Source of the DNA: Planctomycetota bacterium
Lineage (GTDB): Bacteria; Planctomycetota; UBA1135; GCA-002748355
Length of the DNA stretch: 56,449 bases
NCBI GenBank assembly: GCA_024278315.1
Contig: JAJRTL010000338.1
Location: 1 to 56,449 of the forward strand
Reading direction: 5' to 3'
The position numbers were made by a program, and so were the translations under genes. The notes below the pieces were generated by a model. The model made no database searches. It was not told the DNA's origin and saw only the letters and a program-made list of their open reading frames with translations. This document shows positions 14,787 to 22,485 of this stretch, one piece after another. The first letter of the stretch is position 1. Every line of letters begins with the position of its first letter.

Positions 14787-15591
14787 GATGTCCTCTATCA
14801 GCGAGATCCAGCCGAACCGCCGGGCTCATGGTCGAAACCACCGTGACGCGAGTCACGAAGGCTCCCTTGGCCTGGGATGGCTTGAGGTGACGAATGTGAT
14901 CGACGAAGGCGCCGACATTCTCCGCCAGCTGCTGCGTCGAGAAGCTGCGTTTGCCGACAGGGGCGTGGATGTTGGCTCCCGAGTCCGTCCGGAACTCGAC
15001 CTTGCCGGCCGCGAACTCCGCGACAGCCGTCGCCACGTCGGGGGTCACGGTGCCCGCCTTGGGCGAAGGCATCTTGCCCTGTGGGCCCAGGACGCGACCA
15101 AGACGGCCGACGAACTTCATCATGTCCGGGGAGGCGATGGCCACATCGAAGTCGGTCCAGCCGCCCTCGATCTTCTTGGCCAGGTCGGCCGAACCCACCT
15201 CGATGGCGCCCGCGGCCTTGGCGGCCTCTGCCTTCTCGCCCTCGGCGAAGCAGATGACGCGAACGCTCTTGCCGATGCCGTGAGGCAGGCTGACCGCGCC
15301 GCGGATCAACTGGTCCGTCTTCTTGGGGTCGATGCCGAGGCGCACGCAGACGGCGACCGTCTCGTCGAACTTGGTCGAAGCCAGGGACTTCAGCAGGTCG
15401 ATGCCTGCCTGAGCCTCATAGTTCGTCTCCTTCTCGACCTTGCCCTTGTTCTGGACGTGCCGCTTGCTGTTGCGGTAGCGACCCTTGTACCAGCGCTTCT
15501 TGTCTTCCTTGGGTGCCACGACGGCCTCGGGAGCCTGACCTTCGGCCTGGTTCTCAACGGACTCGTCGGCAGCCTTTTGTTCTTCTGCCAT
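14779..15591 (-). CDS. rplA: 50S ribosomal protein L1, with an N-terminal extension
   Basis: DETVAVCVRLGIDPKKTDQLIRGAVSLPHGIGK...GPQGKMPSPKAGTVT, the typical L1 core. An SD (GGTGGAGGG) sits in the rplK 3' end. Confidence 0.93.
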   Translation of the reverse strand: MAEEQKAADESVENQAEGQAPEAVVAPKEDKKRWYKGRYRNSKRHVQNKGKVEKETNYEAQAGIDLLKSLASTKFDETVAVCVRLGIDPKKTDQLIRGAVSLPHGIGKSVRVICFAEGEKAEAAKAAGAIEVGSADLAKKIEGGWTDFDVAIASPDMMKFVGRLGRVLGPQGKMPSPKAGTVTPDVATAVAEFAAGKVEFRTDSGANIHAPVGKRSFSTQQLAENVGAFVDHIRHLKPSQAKGAFVTRVTVVSTMSPAVRLDLADRGHHA

Positions 15592-15595
15592 GGAT

Positions 15596-16030
15596 CTAAC
15601 CCTCCACCTTGATGCCCATGGACCGTCCGGTCCCCTCGATCATCCGGCAAGCGGCATCGAGACTGGCTGCGTTGAGGTCTGCTTCCTTGATCTTGACGAT
15701 CTCCTCGAGATCCGCCCTCTTCACCGAAGCCACGATCTCGTGCCCAGGGTTGTTGGCGGCCTTATCGAGCCCGGCAGCCTTCTTGAGAAGGACGGAGGCC
15801 GGTGGCGACTTCAGGATGAAGGAGAAGGTCCGGTCCTTGTAGATCGAGATCTCGACCGGAATGATCATTCCACCCTTGTCGCGGGTGGCATCATTGAACT
15901 GCTTGACGAAATCGCCAATGTTCACACCGTGGGGGCCCAAGGCCGTGCCCACAGGCGGTGCGGGGGTCGCTTGACCACCGGCGCACTGCAACTTGATGAC
16001 CGAAGTCACCTCTTTCTTCTTCGCTGCCAT
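15596..16030 (-). CDS. rplK: 50S ribosomal protein L11
   Basis: MAAKKKEVTSVIKLQCAGGQATPAPPVGTALGPHGVNI..., the canonical L11 sequence. The start is set at ATG 16030. Confidence 0.96.
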   Translation of the reverse strand: MAAKKKEVTSVIKLQCAGGQATPAPPVGTALGPHGVNIGDFVKQFNDATRDKGGMIIPVEISIYKDRTFSFILKSPPASVLLKKAAGLDKAANNPGHEIVASVKRADLEEIVKIKEADLNAASLDAACRMIEGTGRSMGIKVEG

Positions 16031-16264
16031 TCTTGTTCTCCCGCGGTCCAAGCGGACGACCCAGGGCCGCCCTCCCGCTTGTAGAGGTCCACTCCCCCAT
16101 CTCAGGGGTCCCCTCGAATGAGGGCCTTCTGTGGCGTTAAAGGGCGAAGATTCTCACCCGTGCGATGGTGTCCGTCAAGCCTGGGGTTTCATTTCTCGCG
16201 GGTGGGGTGTGGGGAGTGGGTGTTGGGGGTGGGATGTCTGTGTGGGTGTGGGGTGGCCTCGGAT

Positions 16265-16729
16265 CCGGAGGCAAAGGGGATCCCCCTTGCTCCGTACCTC
16301 GCCTGGGTGGGCAGTTGTTCAGACTAGGAACGGGTTTTTTCGGCTCGGGAAGTCGCTGCGGGGGATCCCCTTTGCCTCCGGACCCGTGTGGGCCGGGCCC
16401 CCCGCGGGTGGGGAAGGGGGGCGGCTTGTCGGTGGGGGGAGGGGCGCACGGCGAACTAGCCGATCTCCGCGACGCGATGCTGCGCGGAGCCTGGGGGTGA
16501 GTATGCGTGGGCGACTCGGCCCTACGGCTCCCGGTGTAGCTCGGCGGCGCTCGGCGCAGTCAGTCCCCCACACCCGCCCCCCTCAGAGCACACGCACCCA
16601 CCACCATCCGTGGGATCGCAAGGTCCCCCTGCAGCGACTTCTCGAGCCGTCCCACCCCATCCCTAATCGCAACAACCGCCCACCCAGGCGAGGGCCGGAG
16701 CAAAGGGGGACCTTGCGATCTCACGGATG
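16265..16729. mobile_element. Non-autonomous (MITE-like) element, copy 1: module C (+), a ~220-bp G-rich core, then module D (reverse)
   Basis: Module C stems 16265-16286 and 16360-16381 are perfectly complementary. Module D stems 16605-16630 and 16704-16729 are 26 bp with one G-T. The two loops are reverse complements of each other and match modules A and B. Confidence 0.6.
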
Positions 16730-16860
16730 CACCCAGCAAACACCACAGACACAACCCCAGCACCAACCACCCCAGCACCCCAACATGCCATCGGCCAACA
16801 CTCCAACCCCCATTCAACAACACGAACCCAAGCTCCGAGGATTGAGATTCCACGGGTGTG

Positions 16861-17275
16861 GTTGTTCAGACCAGGAACGGGTTTTTTCGGCTCGGGAAGT
16901 CGCTGCGGGGGATCCCCTTTGCCTCCGGACCCGTGTGGGCCGGGCCCCCCGCGGGTGGGGAAGGGGGGCGGCTTGTCGGTGGGGGGCGGGGCGCACGGCG
17001 AACTAGCCGATCTCCGCGACGCGACGCCGCGCGGAACCTGGCACCAACCATGCGTGGGCGACTCGGCCCAGCGGCGCCCAGTGTAGCTCGGCGGCGCTCG
17101 GCGCAGTCAGCCCCCCACACCCGCCCCCCTCGGAGCGCGTGCATCGGCCACCATCCGTGGGATCGCAAGGTCCCCCTGCAGCGACTTCTCGAGCCGAAGA
17201 ACCCGTTCCTGGTCTCAACAACCGCCCACCCAGGCGAGGGCCGGAGCAAAGGGGGACCTTGCGATCCCACGGATG
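16861..17275. mobile_element. Non-autonomous element, copy 2; tandem with a 546-bp offset, left module truncated
   Basis: 16858-17275 aligns almost base-for-base with 16312-16729. The left module lacks its outer stem arm and the TTGCTCCG half of the loop. Module F stems 17152-17177 and 17250-17275 are a perfect 26 bp. Confidence 0.6.
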
Positions 17276-17351
17276 CACCACAGCGCACCCAACCAACCAG
17301 CACAGCAACCAGCCATCAGCAACCAGCCATCAGCCAGCCATCAGAAACCGA

Positions 17352-17882
17352 CTAGACCGACTCGAGCTCCCAGTATTCGAGATCCACGGGTGTGGCGCGG
17401 CCGAAGATCGTAACCACCACCTTCACACGCCCCTTCTCCGGATCCACGTTCTCGACGAGGCCGTCGAAGTTCTCGAAGTGGCCCGACTTGATCTTCACGC
17501 GGTCGCCCTTCTTGAAGGCGACGGAGAGCTTGGGCTTCTCCTTGCTCTCGGCCATCTTGCCGAGGATGCGGTCGATCTCGTCGGTGCTCATGGGCGTGGG
17601 CTCACCGCTACCTCCGACGAAGTCGCCGAAGCCATTGGTCTCACGCAACACGAACCAGACGTCTTCGTTGAGGTCGGCGTGCAGCATCAGATAGCCCGGG
17701 AAGAGCTTGCGCTTGCTGACGCGCTTCTTGCCACCCTTGATGTCCGAAACCGACTCTACGGGAAGCAGGATCTCCGGAACCCGATCCTCGAGACCGGCCT
17801 GCTTGATCTTCTGCAGGAGGTTCTGACGGATCCGTTCCTCGCGACCGACCTGCACGCGGATGATGTACCACTCGCTAGCCAT
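17352..17882 (-). CDS. nusG: Transcription termination/antitermination factor NusG
   Basis: 176-aa ORF MASEWYIIRVQVGRE...KGDRVKIKSGHFENFDGLVENV, showing NGN and KOW domains. It lies downstream of secE. Confidence 0.95.
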   Translation of the reverse strand: MASEWYIIRVQVGREERIRQNLLQKIKQAGLEDRVPEILLPVESVSDIKGGKKRVSKRKLFPGYLMLHADLNEDVWFVLRETNGFGDFVGGSGEPTPMSTDEIDRILGKMAESKEKPKLSVAFKKGDRVKIKSGHFENFDGLVENVDPEKGRVKVVVTIFGRATPVDLEYWELESV

Positions 17883-17890
17883 GATTTCTC

Positions 17891-18327
17891 CTACTTGGGC
17901 GAGAGATCGAGGATCCCGGCGACGACGACGCCGAGGGCCTTGTCCACTCCATAGAGGTAGACGCCGAGAACGAGGACGCAGGTCATGACGACCAGCGCGG
18001 CGGTGCGCGTCTCTTTGCCGGTAGGCCAGTGGACCTTGCGCAGCTCACCTTCCATCTCGATCAGGAAGTCGGCGATCTTGGGACGGTTCAACTGCTGGAT
18101 CAGCAGGAAAGCCGTCAGTGCAGGCAGGACGAAATAGGCGATGATCGCGTTGGGCGTAAGATCGGCGATGCCAGGCAGCACACCGAAGCTCTTCTGCATC
18201 ACGACGGGGAGGAAGGCCCGGTTGTCCAAGAAAATCTTGAACTCCACATAACCGTAGACCAACAGCAACCAGATCACCCAGAAGGCGACCAATCTCGCAG
18301 CGCGGCCCTGTTCCGGTTTGTACTTCA
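17891..18327 (-). CDS. secE: Preprotein translocase subunit SecE (long form)
   Basis: C-terminal ...ELRKVHWPTGKETRTAALVVMTCVLVLGVYL is SecE-like. The ORF-track start at 18439 would overlap tRNA-Trp. I set the start at GTG 18327 (VKYKPEQGR), which is preceded by GGAGAAGGA. Confidence 0.75.
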
Positions 18328-18409
18328 CGATCGCATCCTTCTCCGATGGCTGGATCGGCCCGAACCCCAGTGCTCTCTCGCACTCGGAGGATCGGACACT
18401 CTTGGTTTG

Positions 18410-18485
18410 TGGCAGGGCAGGTAGGACTTGAACCCACAACCGTCCGATTTGGAATCGGATGCGCTACCAGTTGCGCCACTGCCCT
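18410..18485 (-). tRNA. tRNA-Trp (anticodon CCA), CCA-3' encoded
   Basis: Minus-strand read: AGGGCAG TG GCGC AACTGGTA GCGC A TCCGA TTCCAAA TCGGA CGGTT GTGGG TTCAAGT CCTAC CTGCCCT G CCA. This gives a full cloverleaf. Confidence 0.9.
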
Positions 18486-18572
18486 TAGCTGCGGACATGC
18501 CGGGAAGTCCCAGCCGGGGTCCGCACCCGTTGCGAGCCCCTTGCAGGGCTCGCGAAGTTCCGTGGTTCTCGA

Positions 18573-19775
18573 CTACTCGATGACCTTGGAGATACGTCCC
18601 GAGGCGACCGTGCGGCCACCTTCGCGGATGGCGAAGCGGAGGTGCTCGCTCATGGCGATCGGCGTGTGGAGCTCGACCGTGATGGCGACGTTGTCACCGG
18701 GCATGCACATCTCGGATCCCACGAGATTGAGGGAGCCGGTCACGTCCGTGGTCCGGAAGTAGAACTGAGGCCTGTAGCCCGAGAAGAAGGGCTTGTGACG
18801 GCCACCCTCTTCCTTACTGAGTGCGTAGATCTCGGCCTCGAACTTGGTGTGAGGCGTGACCGACTTGGGCTTGCAGATGACCTGTCCACGGACGAGGTCC
18901 TTCTTCTTGATGCCGCGAAGGAGGAGGCCGACGTTGTCGCCCGCCTGACCATCGTTGAGCAGCTTGTTGAACATCTCGACGCCGGTACAGACCGTCTCGA
19001 TCGTGTCCTTGATACCGACGATTTCGACCTTGTCGTTGATGTGGACGACGCCAGCCTCGATACGTCCGGTGCCGACTGTTCCACGGCCTTCGATCGAGAA
19101 CACGTCCTCGACGGGCATCAGGAAGGGCTTGTCGACATCGCGGGTCGGCTCGGGGACGCTGTTGTCCAGGGCGTCCATGAGCTCGAAGACACACTTGCTG
19201 TCCGGGTTGTCACGGCCAGGGTTCTCGGTGTGGAGAGCCTGATAGGCCGAGCCACGGACGACGGGAACGTCGTCACCGGGGTAGTCGTACTTGCTGAGGA
19301 GCTCGCGGACTTCCATCTCGACCAGGTCGAGGAGCTCTTCGTCGTCGACCTCGTCACACTTGTTGAGGAAGACGACGATGTAGGGCACACCCACCTGACG
19401 GCCGAGAAGCACGTGCTCCTTGGTCTGGGGCATGGGTCCGTCATCGGCAGCCACGACCAGGATCGCGCCGTCCATCTGGGCGGCACCCGTGATCATGTTC
19501 TTGACGTAGTCAGCGTGACCGGGGCAATCCACGTGAGCGTAGTGACGGTTGTCACTTTCATACTCGACGTGAGCCGAGGAGATCGTGACGACGCGGGTGT
19601 CATCACGAACCGTGCCGCCCTTGGCGATGTCGGCATATGCCTTGACCTTGGCGAGGCCAACGGCCGCCATCGTCTTGGTGATTGCTGCGGTCAGCGTCGT
19701 CTTGCCGTGGGCCACGTGGCCGATGGTGCCGACATTGACATGCGGCTTGTTGCGCTCGAATACTTCCTTTGCCAT
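18573..19775 (-). CDS. tuf: Elongation factor Tu
   Basis: [27 protein letters not shown]...DCPGHADY...NKCD. The start ATG 19775 is preceded by AGGAGA. Confidence 0.97.
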   Translation of the reverse strand: MAKEVFERNKPHVNVGTIGHVAHGKTTLTAAITKTMAAVGLAKVKAYADIAKGGTVRDDTRVVTISSAHVEYESDNRHYAHVDCPGHADYVKNMITGAAQMDGAILVVAADDGPMPQTKEHVLLGRQVGVPYIVVFLNKCDEVDDEELLDLVEMEVRELLSKYDYPGDDVPVVRGSAYQALHTENPGRDNPDSKCVFELMDALDNSVPEPTRDVDKPFLMPVEDVFSIEGRGTVGTGRIEAGVVHINDKVEIVGIKDTIETVCTGVEMFNKLLNDGQAGDNVGLLLRGIKKKDLVRGQVICKPKSVTPHTKFEAEIYALSKEEGGRHKPFFSGYRPQFYFRTTDVTGSLNLVGSEMCMPGDNVAITVELHTPIAMSEHLRFAIREGGRTVASGRISKVIE

Positions 19776-20036
19776 GTCTGGATCTCCTAGGCCCCAGCGG
19801 ACCATTGTCATGTGGGCTCTCGCCCTGTCTCTAACCGATCGGTCACCCGACCTTCGAGGATACTCAGCGTGACCGTCCCGCCCTCATGGGCGTCGCGAAT
19901 CACATTGACCTATGAACGTTTCCACCAGCCTCGACCTGCGAACAGGCCCATCCAGACATCGCTGCCTGGGCATCGAGAGAGCTACCGGAGGACCTACCCG
20001 ACCATCCCTACGAGGAATGGCCAGAGGGCAGGGTTG

Positions 20037-20111
<75 letters not shown>

Positions 20112-20226
20112 ATGCTGCGGTCGTCTCCGAGGAGACGGTCTCACGAAGGCGTGGGAAACCTCATTGAAAAGAACGGAACCGGGATCGCCTCCCCCACGCG
20201 AGGCGGTGAGGCCTCGCGGGAGCGAG

Positions 20227-20300
20227 TGGAGCGGGCGAAGGGGATCGAACCCTCACAACCAGCTTGGAAGGCTGGGGCTCTACCATTGAGCTACGCCCGC
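20227..20300 (-). tRNA. tRNA-Gly (anticodon TCC)
   Basis: Minus-strand read: GCGGGCG TA GCTC AATGGTA GAGC C CCAGC CTTCCAA GCTGG TTGT GAGGG TTCGATC CCCTT CGCCCGC T CCA. Confidence 0.9.
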
Positions 20301-20394
20301 CCATGAACTCGGCTGATATAGAACAAACCCGCCCCTACCCCCGACCCCTGGAGCGCTTGGCTCTAGGCATCTGGCGTCAGGCGGGAACAGTCGT

Positions 20395-20479
<85 letters not shown>

Positions 20480-20488
20480 ACATTCGTG

Positions 20489-20558
20489 ACGCTGCGCCGT
20501 GAAGGCACTGCGTCGTGAAGACACTGCGCCGTGAAGACACTGCGCCGTAAAGGCACTG
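20489..20558. repeat. 16-nt tandem repeat (about 4.4 units) in the tRNA-Thr/tRNA-Tyr spacer
   Basis: The units are acgctgcgccgtgaag / gcactgcgtcgtgaag / acactgcgccgtgaag / acactgcgccgtaaag / gcactg... Confidence 0.85.
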
Positions 20559-20633
20559 TCCCTGCAACACGTTGGAACCGACCGGCCTGCCCGGAACGCA
20601 TCCGCCAGACACTGCTGGGAGAGACGCTCGAGG

Positions 20634-20709
20634 TGGAGCTAGCGATGGGACTTGAACCCATAACCTCCGGTTTACAAAACCGGAGCTCTACCAATTGAGC
20701 TACGCTAGC
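20634..20709 (-). tRNA. tRNA-Thr (anticodon TGT)
   Basis: Minus-strand read: GCTAGCG TA GCTCAATTGGTAGAGC T CCGGT TTTGTAA ACCGG AGGTT ATGGG TTCAAGT CCCAT CGCTAGC T CCA. Confidence 0.9.
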
Positions 20710-20760
20710 CGATTCCCTCGGATTGAAGGGGGAGACAAGGTACGCAGCGATCTCCGGTGG

Positions 20761-21969
20761 TCAAGCCCTTTCCCCGCCTCGACCCAAGATCCGCGCCATC
20801 CTATCACCATGAGCCTGCGCGGTTTGGAGGAAGGCCTCCAGGCTCGCACCCCCGAAGATTTCGAGGGCCGCCTGGGCCAGAACCAGCGCGGTCATGGCCT
20901 CTGCGACGAGGGCGGCGGCCGGTACAGCGCAGACATCCGAGCGTTCGTAGGCGGCTTCCACGGCCTCTCCGGTCTCGAGATCCACCGAAGGCAGTCCCCT
21001 GCGGATCGTGGCGATGGGCTTCATCGAGCAGCGCAGGACGAGTGGCTGACCGTTGCTGATCCCGGCTTCCAGGCCCCCGGCCCGGTTGCTGGAGCGCTGT
21101 GGTAGGGTCCCGGCTAAGCCCGGTTCCATGGCAGGGTCGGCGGGAGCGCTGGCCGGCAGGATCGGATCGTGGATCTCGGAGCCCAGACGCTCCCCCACCT
21201 CCTTGCCCAGGCCAATCTCGAAGCTCTTGATGGCCGGGATGGAGAGGAGCGCCTGCGCGAGGCGTCCGTCCAGCCTGGCATCCCACTGGGCGAAGCTGCC
21301 GAGCCCGGCCGGGAGGCCGGTGGCGACCACCTCGATCTGCCCCCCGACGCTGTCCCCCAGGCCCCGCGCTTCATCGATCCGCGCCCGCATCGCGGCCTCG
21401 ACCGCCGGGTCGCGGACGCCGAAGTCCGAGGCCTCGACGCGGCCGCGCGCCTCCGCCAGAGCCTCGCCAGAGTCCAGGCCCTCCCCCGGCTCACCTGGAA
21501 CAGCAACACCACCGATCCCCACGACATGGCCCAGCACCTCGCAGCCAAGCCTCCGCAGCAGCAGCTGCGCCACCGCGCCCGCGGCGACGCGCGCCGCAGT
21601 CTCCCGGGCCGAGGCCCGCTCCAGGTTGGCTCGGATGTCCCGATCCCCATGGCGTAGACAGCCCGCCAGGTCGGCATGTCCCGGGCGGGGGCTGGCCAGC
21701 TGCTCGCGGTCCTCGATCGTGGAGTCGCGATTGGGAATCCACAGGAGCAAGGGCGCCTCGAGGCTGTGCCCCCCGCGGCTGCCACCGAGAACCTCGACCC
21801 GATCCTGCTCGATGCCCTGGCGCCCGCTTCGGCCATAGCCTCTCTGACGTCGAGCCAGCTGCACGTTGATGAAGTCGAGATCCAGCGCGAGCCCTTTGGG
21901 CAGCCCTTCCAGGATGGCCAGACCGCCTCGGCCATGGGATTCGCCGCCGGTGTGGAATCTCAAGCTCAC
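20761..21969 (-). CDS. aroC: Chorismate synthase
   Basis: (M)SLRFHTGGESHGRG...RRQRGYGRSGRQ...RPGHADL...SARETAARVAAG, the typical AroC sequence. GTG start preceded by GGAGGGCGGAGG. Confidence 0.93.
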   Translation of the reverse strand: MSLRFHTGGESHGRGGLAILEGLPKGLALDLDFINVQLARRQRGYGRSGRQGIEQDRVEVLGGSRGGHSLEAPLLLWIPNRDSTIEDREQLASPRPGHADLAGCLRHGDRDIRANLERASARETAARVAAGAVAQLLLRRLGCEVLGHVVGIGGVAVPGEPGEGLDSGEALAEARGRVEASDFGVRDPAVEAAMRARIDEARGLGDSVGGQIEVVATGLPAGLGSFAQWDARLDGRLAQALLSIPAIKSFEIGLGKEVGERLGSEIHDPILPASAPADPAMEPGLAGTLPQRSSNRAGGLEAGISNGQPLVLRCSMKPIATIRRGLPSVDLETGEAVEAAYERSDVCAVPAAALVAEAMTALVLAQAALEIFGGASLEAFLQTAQAHGDRMARILGRGGERA

Positions 21970-21987
21970 CCTCCGCCCTCCTTCGCC

Positions 21988-22398
21988 CTACGGCGTCTCG
22001 CTCAGCAGATTCTGCAGGGCCTGGCCGAGCTCCAGCAGATCGAAGGGTTTGTGGAAGAGCGCGCGCACTTCATCCCTTTCCTCGAGAAGCTCCCGGTCCT
22101 CCTCGCTGATGAACCCGGAAACGACGACGACCGGAGGCTTTTCCTGCTGCAGGCCATCCAGGGCTTCGAGGAACTCCACGCCCCCCATGCCCGGCATCCT
22201 GAGGTCCAGGACGATCGAGCCGATGGTCCCGAGACCCTCGGCCTGGATGATCGCCAGGGCCTCTTCGGCGGAATGGACGGCCAAGACCTCGTGTCCGGTC
22301 TGGGACAAGAAGGCCTGCACGAGATCCGAGACATCCGGATCGTTGTCCACGAGGAGAACCCGACTCGGCTTGCCCGTCTCGGCGAAAGACTCGGTCAT
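21988..22398 (-). CDS. Single-domain response regulator (CheY-like receiver)
   Basis: 136 aa with VLLVDNDPDV ... IVLDLRMPGMGGVEFLE ... the receiver-domain acidic pocket and phospho-acceptor Asp context. Confidence 0.85.
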   Translation of the reverse strand: MTESFAETGKPSRVLLVDNDPDVSDLVQAFLSQTGHEVLAVHSAEEALAIIQAEGLGTIGSIVLDLRMPGMGGVEFLEALDGLQQEKPPVVVVSGFISEEDRELLEERDEVRALFHKPFDLLELGQALQNLLSETP

Positions 22399-22485
22399 GT
22401 GCGATGGATCCTGCTGAGAGATCCTGCCGGAGATCCCGGCTGAATGGGGAGTGGTACGAGGCCGGACAGCATCCCCCCACCCTGC

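Noticed and set aside
16265-17275. Possibility that the repeated modules are a CRISPR array
   Set aside because: The units are ~120 nt with long internal stems and occur in both orientations. They are not separated by uniform unique spacers, and no cas genes are present.
16131-17355. ORFs of 100-290 aa on both strands across the rplK-nusG spacer (e.g. 16131-17006, 16866-17303)
   Set aside because: They run through repeat modules that occur in both orientations and in tandem. Their products are Gly/Arg/Pro-rich. The same 'peptides' recur only because the DNA repeat recurs.
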